Shown here one piece after another: positions 47,495-62,400 of a DNA stretch of 64,000 nt. The position numbers and the translations under genes are program-made. Source of the stretch: Scyliorhinus canicula (taxonomy: Eukaryota); contig NC_052154.1 of assembly GCF_902713615.1 (NCBI RefSeq), positions 80,455,072 to 80,519,071 on the forward strand, written 5' to 3'. Numbering within the stretch: position 1 is the stretch's first letter; each line of letters opens with the position of its first letter. Below the pieces are notes generated by a model. The model was not told where the DNA came from. It worked only from the letters and a program-made list of their open reading frames with translations, and did no database searches.

Positions 47495-50400
47495 GTGAGG
47501 GCCAGTCAGAGATATGGGGCTGGGAGAAGCTCTCAGAAGATTGGGAAGCGGCCAGTCCGATAATCCAAGGCCGGAGAAATTATTCCAGTGCCAGTTGAGA
47601 TCAGTGGGAATGCACTGAGTTCAGTGGCCACTAAACTGTCAGCATTAGCAAATTATACACCTCTGAAATTAATGGCAATTTTTGAAGTCCGTATGTGTGC
47701 AGTTAGAGGTGGAAACTCAGTGATTCCATGCTGCCCCATGGATGTGTTTTCGACTGTAATCAATTAGAAATCACTGAATTGACAGATTGGCAGTTTTAAG
47801 TGATTCATCTTGCTGTAAAAATCTTTTAAAAAGTTACTATGTCTTGTTGAATGATGTGTAACTGGGTTTTTAAAAATATAGTTTATTCAATCAAATTCAT
47901 AAAAACAAACCGGGGTTAAATTGCCCCTTAATTGGAAAAATGAATTGGGTACTCTAAATTTATTAAAAATAAAATAAAAAACAAACCGAAGCAGAGGCAA
48001 AATGACATATGATAAATAACCAACACCCACTCCACACATCACCCCTCCTCCCGTCCTGTCTTCCCCATTTTAACCCCCTTACCACCCTTGCACCCCCTCC
48101 CTCCTCCCCTTTTGCTGACTCCTCAATCCTCCTCAAAGAAGCCAATGAACGGCTTCCACCTCCGAGCGAATGCATCGACTGACCCACTCAGGATGAACTT
48201 GAATTCCGGCCATCAGGGAGGCAAAGGCCAAAATATCAGCCTCTCTCACATCCTGGACTCCCGGGTCTTCCGACACCCGAATATCACAACCACTGGACTC
48301 GGACCACCTTTACCCCCGCACCTCGGACATTACTCCACAAGCCCCAATCAGAACCCCTTTATCTTTGGACATGCCCAGCACATGTGGACGTGATTCACGG
48401 GCCTCCCTGCACACTGCCCACAACTATCTTCTACCCCCTACTCATCCGCGCTACCGTTATATGTTTCTTATGAAATACTTTAAACTGAATGAGGCTTAGC
48501 CTTGTACACGGCGAGGCCGCATTCACCCTCCGCCTCCACCACCCCACCCAGCTCCTCCTCCCACTTCTGCTTTATATACCCCACCGGGGCCCCCTCCCAA
48601 TCCATCAACATTTATAGACCTCAGATACCTTCCATTCCCCATCTCCTCCTTCGACAGCACCTTTTCTTACAACCCTAAGGGTGGAAATCCAGGAAAAGGG
48701 CAGCTCAAACTCTAGGTCCTCCAATTTCCTGAAACTGCCTCTACAAACAGATCACCAAATCGCTCAATCCGTGCCTTCCGCCACCCCATAAACCTCAGTT
48801 CCAGCCCTCCACCAGTGCAAACCTGTGATTATAACAAATCGGTGCCGACACCGAGGCGCCCTCCACTCCCACATGCTGCCTCCATTGCCCCCACACCCTC
48901 AAGGCTGACACTACCTCTGGGCCCATGGAGCACCTGGCTGACGAGAATGGCAGAGGCACTGTTACCAGTGCCCTTAAGATCATTCCCCTACAACCGCCCT
49001 TATGCTGACCCCTCTCCCACTGCCCATTTCCTAACCATGGCCATGTTCACTGCCCAGTAGTTGTTCACAAACCCAGAGATCAGCGTGTTAACCGTTTTAA
49101 AGAACAACTTCGCGATAAAGATCGGCAGGTTCTGAAATATGAACAGGGACCTTGGCAGCACAGTCATCTTTACTGTCTGCACCCGACCCGCCAGCGACAG
49201 TGGCACCACATCCTACTTCTTGAATTCTCTCTTCATCTGCTCCACCAGCCGAGTCAAATTTAGCTTGTGCAGCTGCACCCAATCCCGCGTCACTTGGATG
49301 CCCCGGTGTCTAAACCCACCCCCACTATCTTGAATGGCAACTCCCATAAACTCCTCTCCTGCCCTCTAGCCTCAATCAGGAACACCTTGCCCTTTCCCAT
49401 GCTCAACCTCTTTCCCAAGAATCAGCCATAGTCCTCCAAAATCCCCACAATTACCCCAATACCACCCAATGTGTTTGAGATATATAACAGCATGTCGTCC
49501 GTGTGCAACAAAACCATGTAATCAACACACCACCTCTCTTTCCAATCCCTCAATCCTCTAAGCATCATTGACAATGGCTCTATAGCCAAGGCAAAGAGCA
49601 ACAGGGAGAGCAGGCACCCCTCCCTTATCCCGCAATGCAGCGCAAAATATCCCTAACTCACCTGGTTCATCCACACCCTTGTGACCGGTGCCTTGTACAG
49701 CAGCCGGACCAAGTCAGCAAACCTCTGTCAAACCCGAACCACCCCAGCATCTCCCACAAATATTCCCACTCCACCTGGTCGGAAGCCTTCACTGCGTCCA
49801 TTGCCGCCACCACATCCACCTTTTGCCCCTCCGGAGGCATCATCATAGAATCTACAGTGCAGAAGGAGGCCATTCGGCCCATCGAGTCTGCACCGGCCCT
49901 TTAATTAGCACCTCACTTAAGACCACACCCGTAACTCAGTAACGCCACCTAACCTTTTTTGGATACGAAAGGCAATTTAGCATGGCCAATCCACCTAACC
50001 TGCACATCTTTGGACTGTGAGAGAAAACCGAGCACTCGGAGGAAACCCGTGCAGACTCCACACAGACAGTGACACAAGCCGGGAATCGAACCTGGGACCC
50101 TGGAGGTGTGAAGCAACTATGCTAACCACTGTGCTACCGTGCTGCTCTGTAATCATAATTACATTAAGCAGCCTCCTCACATTCACTGACAACCGTCTCC
50201 CTTTCACAAAACCCATTTGTCGTTGCCTACCATCCCTGAGATGCAGTCCTCCATTTGTGAAGCCAACACCTTCGCCAGCAACTTGACGACCACATTCAAC
50301 AGCAATATTGGACATACGATCTACACTGTTCCGGACCCTTGTCCTTTTTCAATATCAAAGGTATACATGCCTGCGATAGTGTAGGGCGGAGGACCCCCCC

Positions 50401-53400
50401 CTCCTTAGCCTCATTAGCAGTGGCCCCAGGTCCCCCCAACCTTTTTATAAAAATACACCAGGAAGGGCCCGGGCCTTCTCTGCTTGCATCACCCCCATAC
50501 TCTGCATCACCTCCCTCAAACCGATAGGGGTTCCATTAACTCCTTCTGGGACCAACACCACCCTTTCCGTCTTGTCCTTTACTCTGCCAGTCTCCCACAC
50601 CGCCTCCTGCTTCCTCAGCTGGTGGGCCAGCATGCTACTGGCCTTCTCACCATACTCCTATACTGCCCCTCTGACCCTCCGCAGCTGCCTCTCTGCCTTC
50701 ACCGTGGACACTACCCGAACTCCATCTGGAGCCTCTGCCTCTCCTTCAAAATCGCCGCCTCAGGGCTCTGTTTACTTTCTATCCATCTTCAGAATCTCTT
50801 CCACCAGCCTTGCCATCTCTGTCTGTTCCGCCTTCTCCCTATGCGCCCGAATTAAAATAAACTCCCCCCGAATCATCGCCTTGAGTGCCTTCCACAGCAT
50901 GGCAGCCTTGAACTCCCCCATGTCATTCAGTTCTACATATCCCCCAGATGGCAGCCCTCACCTGATCGCATACCTCCTCATCTGCCAACAACCCCACATC
51001 CAGCCTCCACTGCCCCCCACCCCCCACTCCACTCGCAAATCTCTCTCATGCAGCACGTGGTCAGACACCACGATCGCCGAGCACTCCGAGTTGACCACCC
51101 GCCAACAACACCCTGTTCAGCATGAAAAAGTCAATCCCGGAGTACACCCGGTGCACCTGGGAAAAATGTGAGAATTCCTTCACTCTCTGCGTCCCAAACG
51201 CCACGGGTCTAAACCCCCCCCCCCCCCCCCCCCCCCGGACACACACACGCTCTATAAACCTTTACAGCTCCTTCTCACTGCCAACAGATTCCCCGATCTC
51301 GGACTCAACCCCCCCGCCCCTGGAACCCGCCTCATGAAATCTACATAATTCCAATTTGGGGCATAAACATTTACCAGGACCATCGGCATTCCCTCCAACC
51401 TCCCACTCACATCACAAACCTCCAACCCCCCCCCCCCCCCCCGCAAAACCACCCCAGGATCTGCCACAATGCTCCCCACCTCAAATGCCACCCGCTTATT
51501 CACCAGCATAGCCACCCCCCGTCGCCTTCATGTCCAGTGCCGAGTGGAACATCTGCCCTCTCCATCCTTTCCTCAACCTTGTCTGATTCCTGCAAAAAAG
51601 CCACGTCCACCTTCAGACTCTTCAGCAAATACACATGACCGTTTGACCAGCCCATTCACCTCCCTCACACACATGGCCAGCCCACCCTCCTGTCCACACC
51701 CCCCCCATAAAGCAGAAAAGATGCATTCACCATTGATATTTCCCCCACGGAGGGACCTGCCCTCCAAACACCCTGCCATCAAAACCAAAAGAATATTTCA
51801 AGGGGAAATGTTTCCCGTGAGCAAAGAAACCTCCTCACAAACCCTCCCAAAGTGCAATGTCCTCCTTCTCCTGTCAGTCCAGTGTCCTTCATGAACTCCA
51901 TTGCCTCCTCTGGGGTGCCAAAATAATATTCATGCTTCTAAAAAGCCACCCAGAGGCGGGCCCAAACCTCATCCCCTGCTTGAAGAGGGCAGCCTTAACC
52001 CGATTAAATCCGGCCTTCTTCTTTGTCAGTTCTGCACCCAGGTCATGTTACACCTGCGGCTTATTCCCTTCCCAGGGACATTACCTCGTCTGCCTCGCCC
52101 ACCGAAGATTCTTCTCTTTATACAGAAAGCCGTGCAACTGCACCACTATCGCCCTTGGTGGCTCACCCGCTTGCGGCATCCGCATCAGCACCATGTGCGC
52201 TCGGTTGAGCTCCAGGAGCTAGTCGAAGGCCCCCTCCCCATCAACTGCTCCAACATTTCGGCCACACATGTGCCGCCTCTGCACCTTCAATGCTTTCGGG
52301 CATCCCCACAACCCTCAAATTGTGCCTTCTGAAGCGGTTTGCATGTCCTCCACCTTCTCCTTCAGCCTCTTCTGGGTCTCCTGCATCACCCCACCTTGGC
52401 CACCAATGAGGCCAACTGCTCCTTATGCTCACCCACCACCTCCTCCACTTTCTGGATTGCCCGACCCTGGGACTCGAGCCTCTGCTCCACTCTCTCAATA
52501 CCTGCTTTGGCTGTAATAAGTGTAACAATGTACAGATAATTCTTGTTTGTAGTTTTTAGGAACCTGACAATTCAACTTCCCTTTACTTTCACAAATGTGG
52601 TGTGGAAAGCAAAATATTTCATGCCTGTAATTTGTTGTAGCAAAAGTGTTCCAAGATATTAACAGTCCCTTTCCTCCTCCCTTTACAGAGAAAGGCTTGC
52701 TGGTGGACATTCAGCCGTTTACACACTGTGTGATATCAAATTTTATCCAGAGTCAAACATTCCTGGAAGGGCTTCAGAATGAACTTCTGCAGCTGAACTT
52801 TCACGAAAAATCAAATGATCTGTACAAATTCAAGCAGGTGAGAAACTGATCGTGCAAAGGAAAGGTTTGAGTGGGGAGAGATAACAAAGTGGCAGGCTTT
52901 TTTGCTGGTTGAACATCAACAAAATTGGTGGTTCCATTGTAGACTGTTTTGAATGAAAGGACCTCATATCATGTTGCAACTGTTAATTATAATCTTTATT
53001 AGTGTCACAAGTAGGCATTCAGTAACACTGCAATGAAGGTAATGTGAAAAGCCCCTTGTCACCACACTCCTGTGCCTGTTCGGGTACACAGAGGGAGAAT
53101 TCAGAATGCCCAGTTCACGTAACAGCACATCTTTTGAGACTTGTGGGAGGAAACTGGAGCGCCCGGAGGAAATTCACGTGGACACGAGGAGAACGTGCAG
53201 ACTCCTCACAGACAGTGACCCAAGCCAGGAATCAGACCTGGGTCCCTGTTGCTGTGAAGCAACAGTGCTAACCACTGTGCTACCGTGATACCTTTCAGCG
53301 ATGTAGACTGAGGGGATTTCTGTGCAGTGGATAGACCAGATATCCTGAAGAAATGGAGGGCAAGAGAATCACTGCAGCAGAGAGGAATGGATACACTGGA

Positions 53401-56400
53401 GTGAAATGCATTTATGTAACGCCTTTTCACAACCCCAGAAAATCCTGAAGCATTTCTTTTCACAGTAACTTCATTTGAAGCCTACTTGTGATAATAAGTG
53501 ATTTTCATTTCACCGTCACTAAAGCAATGTTGTGTAAGGTGATTCTTGTGAGCGAACATATTGGAACGCCATCGGATGAGTGGTCCGGTGTGAATGAGCC
53601 GTTCCAGAATGATGTAGGATGAGCAAATTCATTGTTCAGTTTATCCACTTACAATCACAGTTATCAATTATAGTCTCTTAGGACAGGAATAAGTTGTGGG
53701 CATTTTTTACCGTCTGAGTATTTACTGATATATTCAACAGAGACTGGGTGCAAAATAAAAACAACAACTTCCATGTTGTGATGCATGAAATGCCAGTCAA
53801 AAAGGTTTATGTGATTATGAATGTAAATATTTGCACTGAGCTGACAGAGTGAAGTTCTAGATATGAATATTCAAAAGTAATTGAGTTTCTGGATATCGGT
53901 ATTCAAATAGAGCTCATGAGAGTAATGTTCTAGATGTACATTTCTAGGCAGAACTAATATGCTGAGGTTCTAGATATAAATGTATTTTTTTCTCTCTTGA
54001 CAGTCTGATGATCTGCGGAAGAAAAAAGGATATCATATATCATCATTGAGGTGAGTTACTTGAACCCATCTCCTCTGAACCTGTTCCGGGCATAATTGGA
54101 ACTGGATTATTAGACTGAAATATGTTAACGTTTTCTGTATGTTTCCCTTATTGCAACACTAATTTTCAGTTGAGTGGTTTCCTGTGAGCTTTGTGTATAT
54201 TGTGTGAGCTAGTGAACAGGTGAAGTTAACATCTCTGAGATCAAGCTGTTGCACAATTTGGTGAAATGTAGTAGAAGTAAGCTAGTTGGAAATACTGGCA
54301 AAAAAGAAACTATTTTGAGTAAAACTTTTAAGAAGCAAATTGAGCAGACTCAATGGACCATAGTACTGTACTGCATTGGTCTGTGAGTGTGTGATTATTC
54401 TGTGAACACCACCAAGCCATCTAGCTGTGCAGGAGCATATTTATTCTTGTTTTTATTAAGTTTGTGACTTCTGCGGGCTGGCATTGACTTCTAGTGCAAA
54501 CTCCAGGAATCGCACGTAAATATTTTGTTGCAGCTTTTTTAAAGAAAAGGTTTTCTCCTTTTGTTTGCTCTTATGTACTAGTACTTCCTGTGCCTCAGAC
54601 TGATTAATTCAGTTCTTCTCCATCATGGTTTGTTTAACTCTTGCCCTTATTGCTGTTTTTAAAAAGTTTTTTCATTGGATGTGTGTTTGGCTGGCAAGGC
54701 CATAATTTATTGCCCATGCCAGAATTACCCTTGAACTGACTGGCTTGCTAACCCAGAGGATATTTATGAGTTTACACATTCCTGTGGACCCAGAGCCACA
54801 TGTAGGCCAGACCAGTTAATGAAGGCAGATTTTATTCTGCTAATGGGCATTTGTGAACAATTTGCACCAATCAATGGTCACCAACTCACTTTCTATTCCA
54901 GATTTATTTATTGAATTTAAATTCCATCAGCTGGTGTGGTGAAATTTGAAGTCATGTCCTCAAAGCATTAGCCTGGTGTCATGTGAGAGTACCTTTAAGA
55001 AATTGGTGTTTTTTATAGAATAGCTGTAGTGGGTGTACCTTTAAGAAATGGGTGTTTATTACTGCAGTGATGTCAGAGTGTGGGTGGAGCTAGGCTGTCT
55101 CTCAGCTTTTACTTTTGCTTTGGGCTTGCAGCTGCAGGGTGTGTTTATTTTTAGTTTTGGAGACGCTGCAATCACAGCAAGATGTGTATGAATCTCTGAA
55201 AGCTTATGCATGTCCATTTGGTGATTTCAATGTCGTAACTGTTCTCAGTAGTGAAGTTAAACCTGATGTATTTCTGTACAAAGGGTTCTTTTTGTCTTAT
55301 AGATGTTGCAAGGAAAGATTAAGAGTTACTAATAGCGTACTGTATTCTTTGGGGGATTTATTGGTGTTGATAGTTGTTAAGATGTTTACTGTGGTTTATA
55401 AAGTGCTAACTGGACTCATAAATGAACATTGTTTTAATTTAAAAGTACTTTAAGTCTCTGTTCACTACACCTGTAAGGTAAGCCCATTTACTCCCCATAA
55501 CCACAATCTATTAAAAGTTGTGGGTCAGGTGAACTCCATGATACACTTTGGGGTTCTCTAAACCCTGGCCCATAACACTGGGTCTCTAGATTATTAGTCC
55601 AGTGACATTACCACTTCGCCACTGTTCTCTCTACTGTTAGTGATTGTGATCCTGGTTTAGTCCCATAAACTTTACTGTGATCTACGCTCACAGACCCTGA
55701 ATCATATATATTTTTTAAACATTCACCTAATGTTTCTCACCACCATGTTGTATTGTTCCTTCCAATGCTTTCAATTAGCAAACTGTCCACAATATAAGGT
55801 AGTACAAGAGAAAATCCTTTCACTTAGTCTATGAACATAACCAGTGTTTTAATGACTATAAAATTTGCATCTCGCTGCCATTGCCTGGCACGTTACAAGA
55901 ACATAAGAAAGTATTCATAAATGACTTTCCCCCAGCTCATTCTCTGACACATTGGACAAAATTGTGGTGGTACCGTGCATGAAGATTTGAAGGTGGGACC
56001 GGGAGGAAACTTGGAAATTAGGACACAAGACGACAGGCCAACATGTTCCGGTGGAGGCGGGTGAACATAGGCAGCATCTACCCACCTGGTAGTGTTTCCA
56101 AGGATGCCTCTATTTTGGGATATCCTCATATTCTCCTTTCTGCCTGAGCATCATTCACCTTTCCCAATGGCTGTCCAAAGCTAAAGGCTCTCTGATTGGG
56201 CCTGTAGCCTCAGGATCCTGCTTGCCTGTAGGGACTCGCAGACAATGTGTGGAATCCGTCGAAGCAGGATGCATGAAACAACAGGTAGAAAGCGATGAAC
56301 AAGGTTTTTCAGTAATACAGTTGAATTCTCCACTCCCCAAAGGGTCTTCCTCCCTGACCTACACCCAGGTCAGGGTTTTTATACCAGTGAGGGCTCCCCT

Positions 56401-59400
56401 TGTTAAGGGGCAGCCCTGTCACCGTTACCGGGGAAGTTCATATTCTGTGGCGGTCACATGGAATCAGATCATCCTTATTCCTTGACCTCCATGCAGGTTA
56501 TAACACAATGAGAATGATGTCTCCTGGTAGATCGCTCTGGAACCCCCCCCTTCGGCCACTGGGGCAGCAAGCCTGTGAGCAAAGATGGTTACTCACTCCC
56601 TCGGCTCCCCACAGAAGCCCTTCCGCCAGGTTAACGGTTTTCTAAAGGAGTACTAATCAGCACCAGCGTGAACACTTGCTGGGGAGGGTGCTGAATGACA
56701 GGAGGCCGTTGGATATGGGGTCGATCCCATTAATTGTATGGAAATGGGGCTTAAGTGGTGATAATTGGTTTCTCGCCACACAATGGTGAGATCCCTATTT
56801 TGCCCACGGGAGCGGGCCAGTTGTATTGCAGAGTGTTTGGTGCCTGGCGTGGATCTTGTTTTTGGCCTCTCCCGCTTTTCGCCGGTCTTGTTCCACTTGA
56901 GTGAGAGCGCAGCGAGGGCGGAGAATCACGCCCTTTAATTCTAGATGCTATCTACAGTTTTCCTGTAGAATGTTTCACTATTACCCCCACCCCCCCTCCC
57001 CAGCCTCTTAAACATTTGTGGAATTCGTGATTTAATTTTGGTTTAACCAAGATTCACTTATTCAGTTGTTTTTCTCTCTCTAGGAAGGTTCTCTTTGAAG
57101 ATTTCCGTACATGGTTGTCAGATATTCTTGGTGTAAAACTGGAGAGCACGGTGGATTTGTCCTGTGCTAAATATGAATACACAGGTATAAAACATTAAAT
57201 AAATTATATTTAGGCATTGGATATATTGCACGCATATGACTTTATTGGGGTACTGTATGTGATATACTGGTGTTATTGCACATGTGGTATCACATTGGCA
57301 CTTGTTTTACACTGGAGCGATTACATATGTGACATTTCACAAGCATTGTAGTCGCCAGAGGTGGCAATATTACATAAAATCATACTTGCAATGGGAATAC
57401 TGTACATCTAGGGGGGCGATTCTCCAAGCCCCGCGCTTGGGCCAGAGAATCGCCGCAACTGCGATGGCGCCAGCGTGTTTGGCGCGTCGCCGGCCGCCGA
57501 TTCTCTGGCCCGAATGGGCAGAGCGGCCGCGCCGATACAACAGAATCCCGCCAGCGCCATTCACCCCTGGTCGGCGGGAACTCTGCGAGAACGGCGGCCT
57601 GGGGAGGGGGGCTCCAATGGGATCTGGCGCCGTGAAAGGAGGCTGGAGTGGCGTTAACCGCTCCAGCACCGTGCTGGGCCCCTGTGGGGGCCAGAATCTG
57701 TCGTACCTGTTCACGATGGCGCGAACACTTGGGCTCCATATTGGAAATCGCCCCCCCTGGTGCATGAAGACTTTGGTATACACTAGAGATAATAGGTGGG
57801 TCGTATGGTAAGCCCTGAAAATATTGCAGACAATGAATTAATTTGTCTCAGTTGTAAGGATGGTCTTTAATATTGCAATATTTTGCTCGTTTCAAATTTA
57901 TTTTGGATGCCATGTTTAATGTACTGGATGTGTATAAAGAAAAGCACAGTTTTACCTTTCGCAATTTTAACCTGTTCCTGATGGCCATAAAGAACTGAAT
58001 TTCAGAAGACTGAAAGAACTTTCAAGAGGATTGATTTATACAGCACCCCATCATGTCCCTCACAAATGGCACGAAGTGATTTGCACATAATAAAGTGTAG
58101 TGATTATCCATATATGTAAATACAATACCAATTTTAAATATGTCAGTAAGGTGAATGACTAATTAGTTTGTTTTTGGTGTTGGTTGAGTGGAGATAGCTG
58201 AACAGGGCATTGTGGGTACTCCCTGTTTTGTTGTCCGCTAAATCCAGAATAGGACCTCCATTTGAGGTTTTGTCAGATAAATATACTTTTAGCAATGCAG
58301 CATCATTGCAAAGCTACACTTGAATGTCAACATGAATTATGTTAAGAGTGAGGCTTGTTCTTATAATGTATATCTGAGGTAAAAGTGCTGCCAGGTAAAG
58401 TGAGCTTATGCTGATTTGGGTGAGGAAACCTGTGCTTCTTCAGGGAAATCATATGAAGGCTGATCAAGAAGTATTCTTCCACAGGTGCTGACATTTGTGC
58501 AATATTCTGAACAAAAAGTCCTTTCTCACATGAGATGGGATATGCAGTATTAACAGAGTTTTTGATCATCGGCCATCACAGCTGAAAATGCTGTTGCATG
58601 TCCACTCTGCCGGCAGCATGGGCTATTGAATTGGATGCAGGGCCAATTTGGCAACGATTGCTAGGACCAGCTAACCATCAGCAAAGCCCCAGAAGAATAC
58701 ATTTTTAAAAAATCCATAAATACATCAGTCAAAATTGCTAAACTGAAACTGAAATACTAAAGCTGTGCTAAAACCTAAACCAATGATATTGCAGATGTGT
58801 TGCTCTGTCACGATGATGAGTTAGAAGGGCGGAGAATAGCATTCATCCTGTATCTCGTTCCTGAATAGGGAGCCGGTGATGGTGGCACTTTGGAACTTTA
58901 TGATTCAGATGGTGAGTAGGATTAGCCACATATAACTGCATATTCCAGCTTTAGCCCTGACTTGGTGCCTCCACCCTGGGATGTGTTGATCTGATACTCA
59001 GCATAGTTTTGGGCATTAGCTTTGTATTGAATTTGAAGCTCCAATTCTTGTCAATTAACATTATGAATATCCTGATACACTACTGGATACTGGACATACC
59101 TATTTGTTATGGGCCAGGATTTTAAAAATCCGGAGTGTATTATGGAGTTCACCTGACCTATAACTTTTTGTTGAAACTGACTAGGATGAGTACAAGAGCC
59201 TTCACTTGAGGTGTGATTCAGTTGTCTGCCTAGATATTTCAATCAAAATAAGCTTTACTCTAAGAACTTAGTTAACATTTATATATAAACAAACAGCAAG
59301 AATTTTGATCAATTACTAACATAAAGATACCCCACAGCTGCAGTAACCCATGTATAACACTTAATGGAATTCCTCCTTTTACTGTTCCAGGAATTCCCCC

Positions 59401-62400
59401 TTTTACTGTTCCAATTCAAAAACAAAATCGCATAAACCAAAAAAACCTTTTCAAGGGCGTGGCCCTGCACTCTACATTCTCACTTGAAAAAGACTGGCTT
59501 TCCCTGAGAGTCTGACCCTGACTCACCAGCGGGTTTAAGCCCTTTCTGAAAGCAAACTATATTTTTTGAGTGACTAAAGCAGGTTGCTATAATCAATGTT
59601 TTTTTTGTTCCTGGAATAACTCTTTGAAATGAAAATAGAAAGACGGGAACAAAACACTTCTTTTTCCCTGAGTCCACAGCAGTCAAATCTGAAAGCGAAT
59701 ATAAAACTCATACCTACAGCTCAGCTCCACCCACAAAAATGACCACTGAAGTCATGTGATAAGACAAAAACCTTTCTTAAAGGGACAGTCCCACGACATA
59801 TTGTGTTATCATAATGCATCCGTGTACATGCTAACACTGAAAATTAAAGCTATTCGTAGGATTTGGGTGTTTACAAACAATGAAGCTGCAGCAGGGTAAG
59901 TGGATCTTGAGGGTGTGGCCAATTTCTTTTTTTTGATAAATTTAGATTACCCAATTATTTTTTCCAATTAAGGGGCAATTTAGCGTGGCCAATCCACCTA
60001 CTCTGCACATTTTTGGGTTGTGGGGGCGAAACCCACGCAGACACGGAGAGAATGTGCAAACTCCACACGGACAGTGACCCAGAGCCGGGATCGAACCTGG
60101 GACCTCAGCGCCGTGAGGCGGTTGTGCTAACCACTAGGCCACCGTGCTGCCCTCGGGTTTGGACAGTTTCTAATGGTGGAACTCGGAATTAAAGTTGCTC
60201 GTGTGGCAGACCAAAACAAAATGAAGAAACACAAATTGGTTGTTGAATGTAAGGTAATCTCATGTAGGAAATTAGCATTCCTCTGTCTGTTATGCAAGAA
60301 ATTGTGTCAGAAGTCTCTTCTTTTTTGTTCTGGCCTTCTACTGTTAACCCAGCCGTGGTTTCAAAGATTAAGGTCTGCATTTTTGAATATAGGATGGGTG
60401 AAAAACTAGATCAGAACTCTGTCCAACTTGAATGTCAGTTCTGCAATGTGACTGAAAAATGTGGTTGGTTTATTTTCTTTCACTTCAAAGTTAAGGCAGA
60501 TTTGGAGGTGGGGAGGGTGGAAGTTTTAATTTGATGATTCTCGTGTGGAATTGACACAAATTAATATTACAGTTTATAAATGGCAATTAAATAAATTTAT
60601 TCTACATGCACGACTCTGAGACTTATCATTATGTACCTAAACTGATTGTCTTTTACAGAACATGATCAACCTCAGCAGATTGCCAAGTCTCTAACTCCAT
60701 CATGGAACACATTAATTTTCTTTGAGGTTTCCCCTGTGTCTATCCATCAGGTACAGAAATTCAGAACATTCTGTAAATGGAGCTGAAAAATTCAGTGGTA
60801 TCTGCACCTTATGCACTAGTTTGGTTTATGTGCTACGTAGCAGAGCATGTTAGGTATTGCTATTGTTTTCTTCATTGAGGGAGAGTTTGCTACGTAAAAC
60901 GATATTCATTGTTGAAAAGTGATTTAATAAGCAAAAGATAGCTTGTCTCAGTGCAGTGTATGACATATCTGACTGAATTCAGTGCTTAATGCTACTCTGC
61001 ATACCTTTCCTGTTCAGGTGTCTGAAATCCTGTCAGAGGAAAAGTGCCGTCTTTCTGTTAGCGGTTGGTTCCATGGACCATCATTGGCAAGGCCACCATG
61101 CTACATCGAATCTCTTTCCTCTCGAAATCCACATATTGCAAGTGATGTAAGTACAGATTCTATCATCTTGGCCAGAATTAGCACTAAAGTGTTGTTCTGA
61201 TTAAGATAGTTAACCACTAGCTTTTGGATATGGGAGCTGAATGCTGTTGTGAAGTCTCGCGTTACCATTTTTCCTCCAAGACTTGGGTTTCTATCCAGTA
61301 CAAGACAGATGTGATGAAAGAGGGCTCCTCTTCTTTACAGCTGTTTAATATTTGAAATGAGCTTAGGTTGTAAACTATGATATGAATTTGACAAACATTT
61401 GGCACAATTGGCATTGGCCACAAACGTCACAAAAATGGCTGACATTGAAAATGGAAAAGATGATAATTGATGCAGTAGGGATTGATCTTCTGGGGTGGAG
61501 GTATGTTGTCGGCCTGAGTATGAGAAGTTGTGCTCTGTGTCTAACCCGTGTTATACCACATCTGTGAGTGTTTGATAGCAATGATGGTTAAAACTCCAAC
61601 TGCTTCATTCACCAAAAATATATTAAAAAAATTAGAACAAGAATAGGTCTGCCATTCCAATAACTCATAACAGTAACAAGAACAACATGTATTTTTATGG
61701 CATCTTTAATGTAATGAAATGTCTCAATGATGCCTATCATGGCTCCATATTATTTGTAACCCGTACCAAACAAAAATGTATCTTTTGTCTTTAGAATTCC
61801 AATTTACCCATCAACATATCCTTTTGATGGAGAGAGTTCCAGAATGCTATGACCATTAGGGGCTGGTTTAGCTCGCTGAGCTAAATCGCTGGATTTTAAA
61901 GCAGACCAAGCAGGCCAGCAGCACGGTTCGATTCCCGTACCAGCCTCCCTGGACAGGCGCCGGAATGTGGTGACTAGGGCTTTTCATTGAAGCCTACTCG
62001 TGACAATAAGCGATTTTCATTTTTCATTTGTGTGAAAACTGCTTCCTGTTTTTGCTTCTACGTAGACCAGCTCTAATTTTATGTCCCAACACACCCCCAC
62101 CACCCCGCTTCTTGATTTCCCTCACCAGAGGAAATACTTGCTCTATCCTATTCAGCTTCTTTAACATTTCAAGCATCATCATCATCAGATCACCCTTCAA
62201 TCCTCTATACTCCAGGGAGCACAAGACATATATATTCAACCGGTCCTCCGCATTTAATCTTATAAAGCTAATGATTTTGTGGTGAATTACAAAGCAAGTT
62301 CCAATTTTTGAGCTTGTGATAGAAGGGAAGAAGGGTGGTGGGTGGAGACCCTGCTTTCTTCCTACCTCCACCCAGAGTAAGTCTGCAGAAGGAAGGCTTG

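Noticed and set aside
55880-56640. Possible retrocopy or LTR-like insert in OGFOD1 intron 3
   Set aside because: A TATA-like motif is present on minus, but I could not define termini, a TSD or a recognisable protein.
4895-62030. tRNA-like sequences as tRNA genes
   Set aside because: All continue into SINE cores and tails and lack a full cloverleaf.
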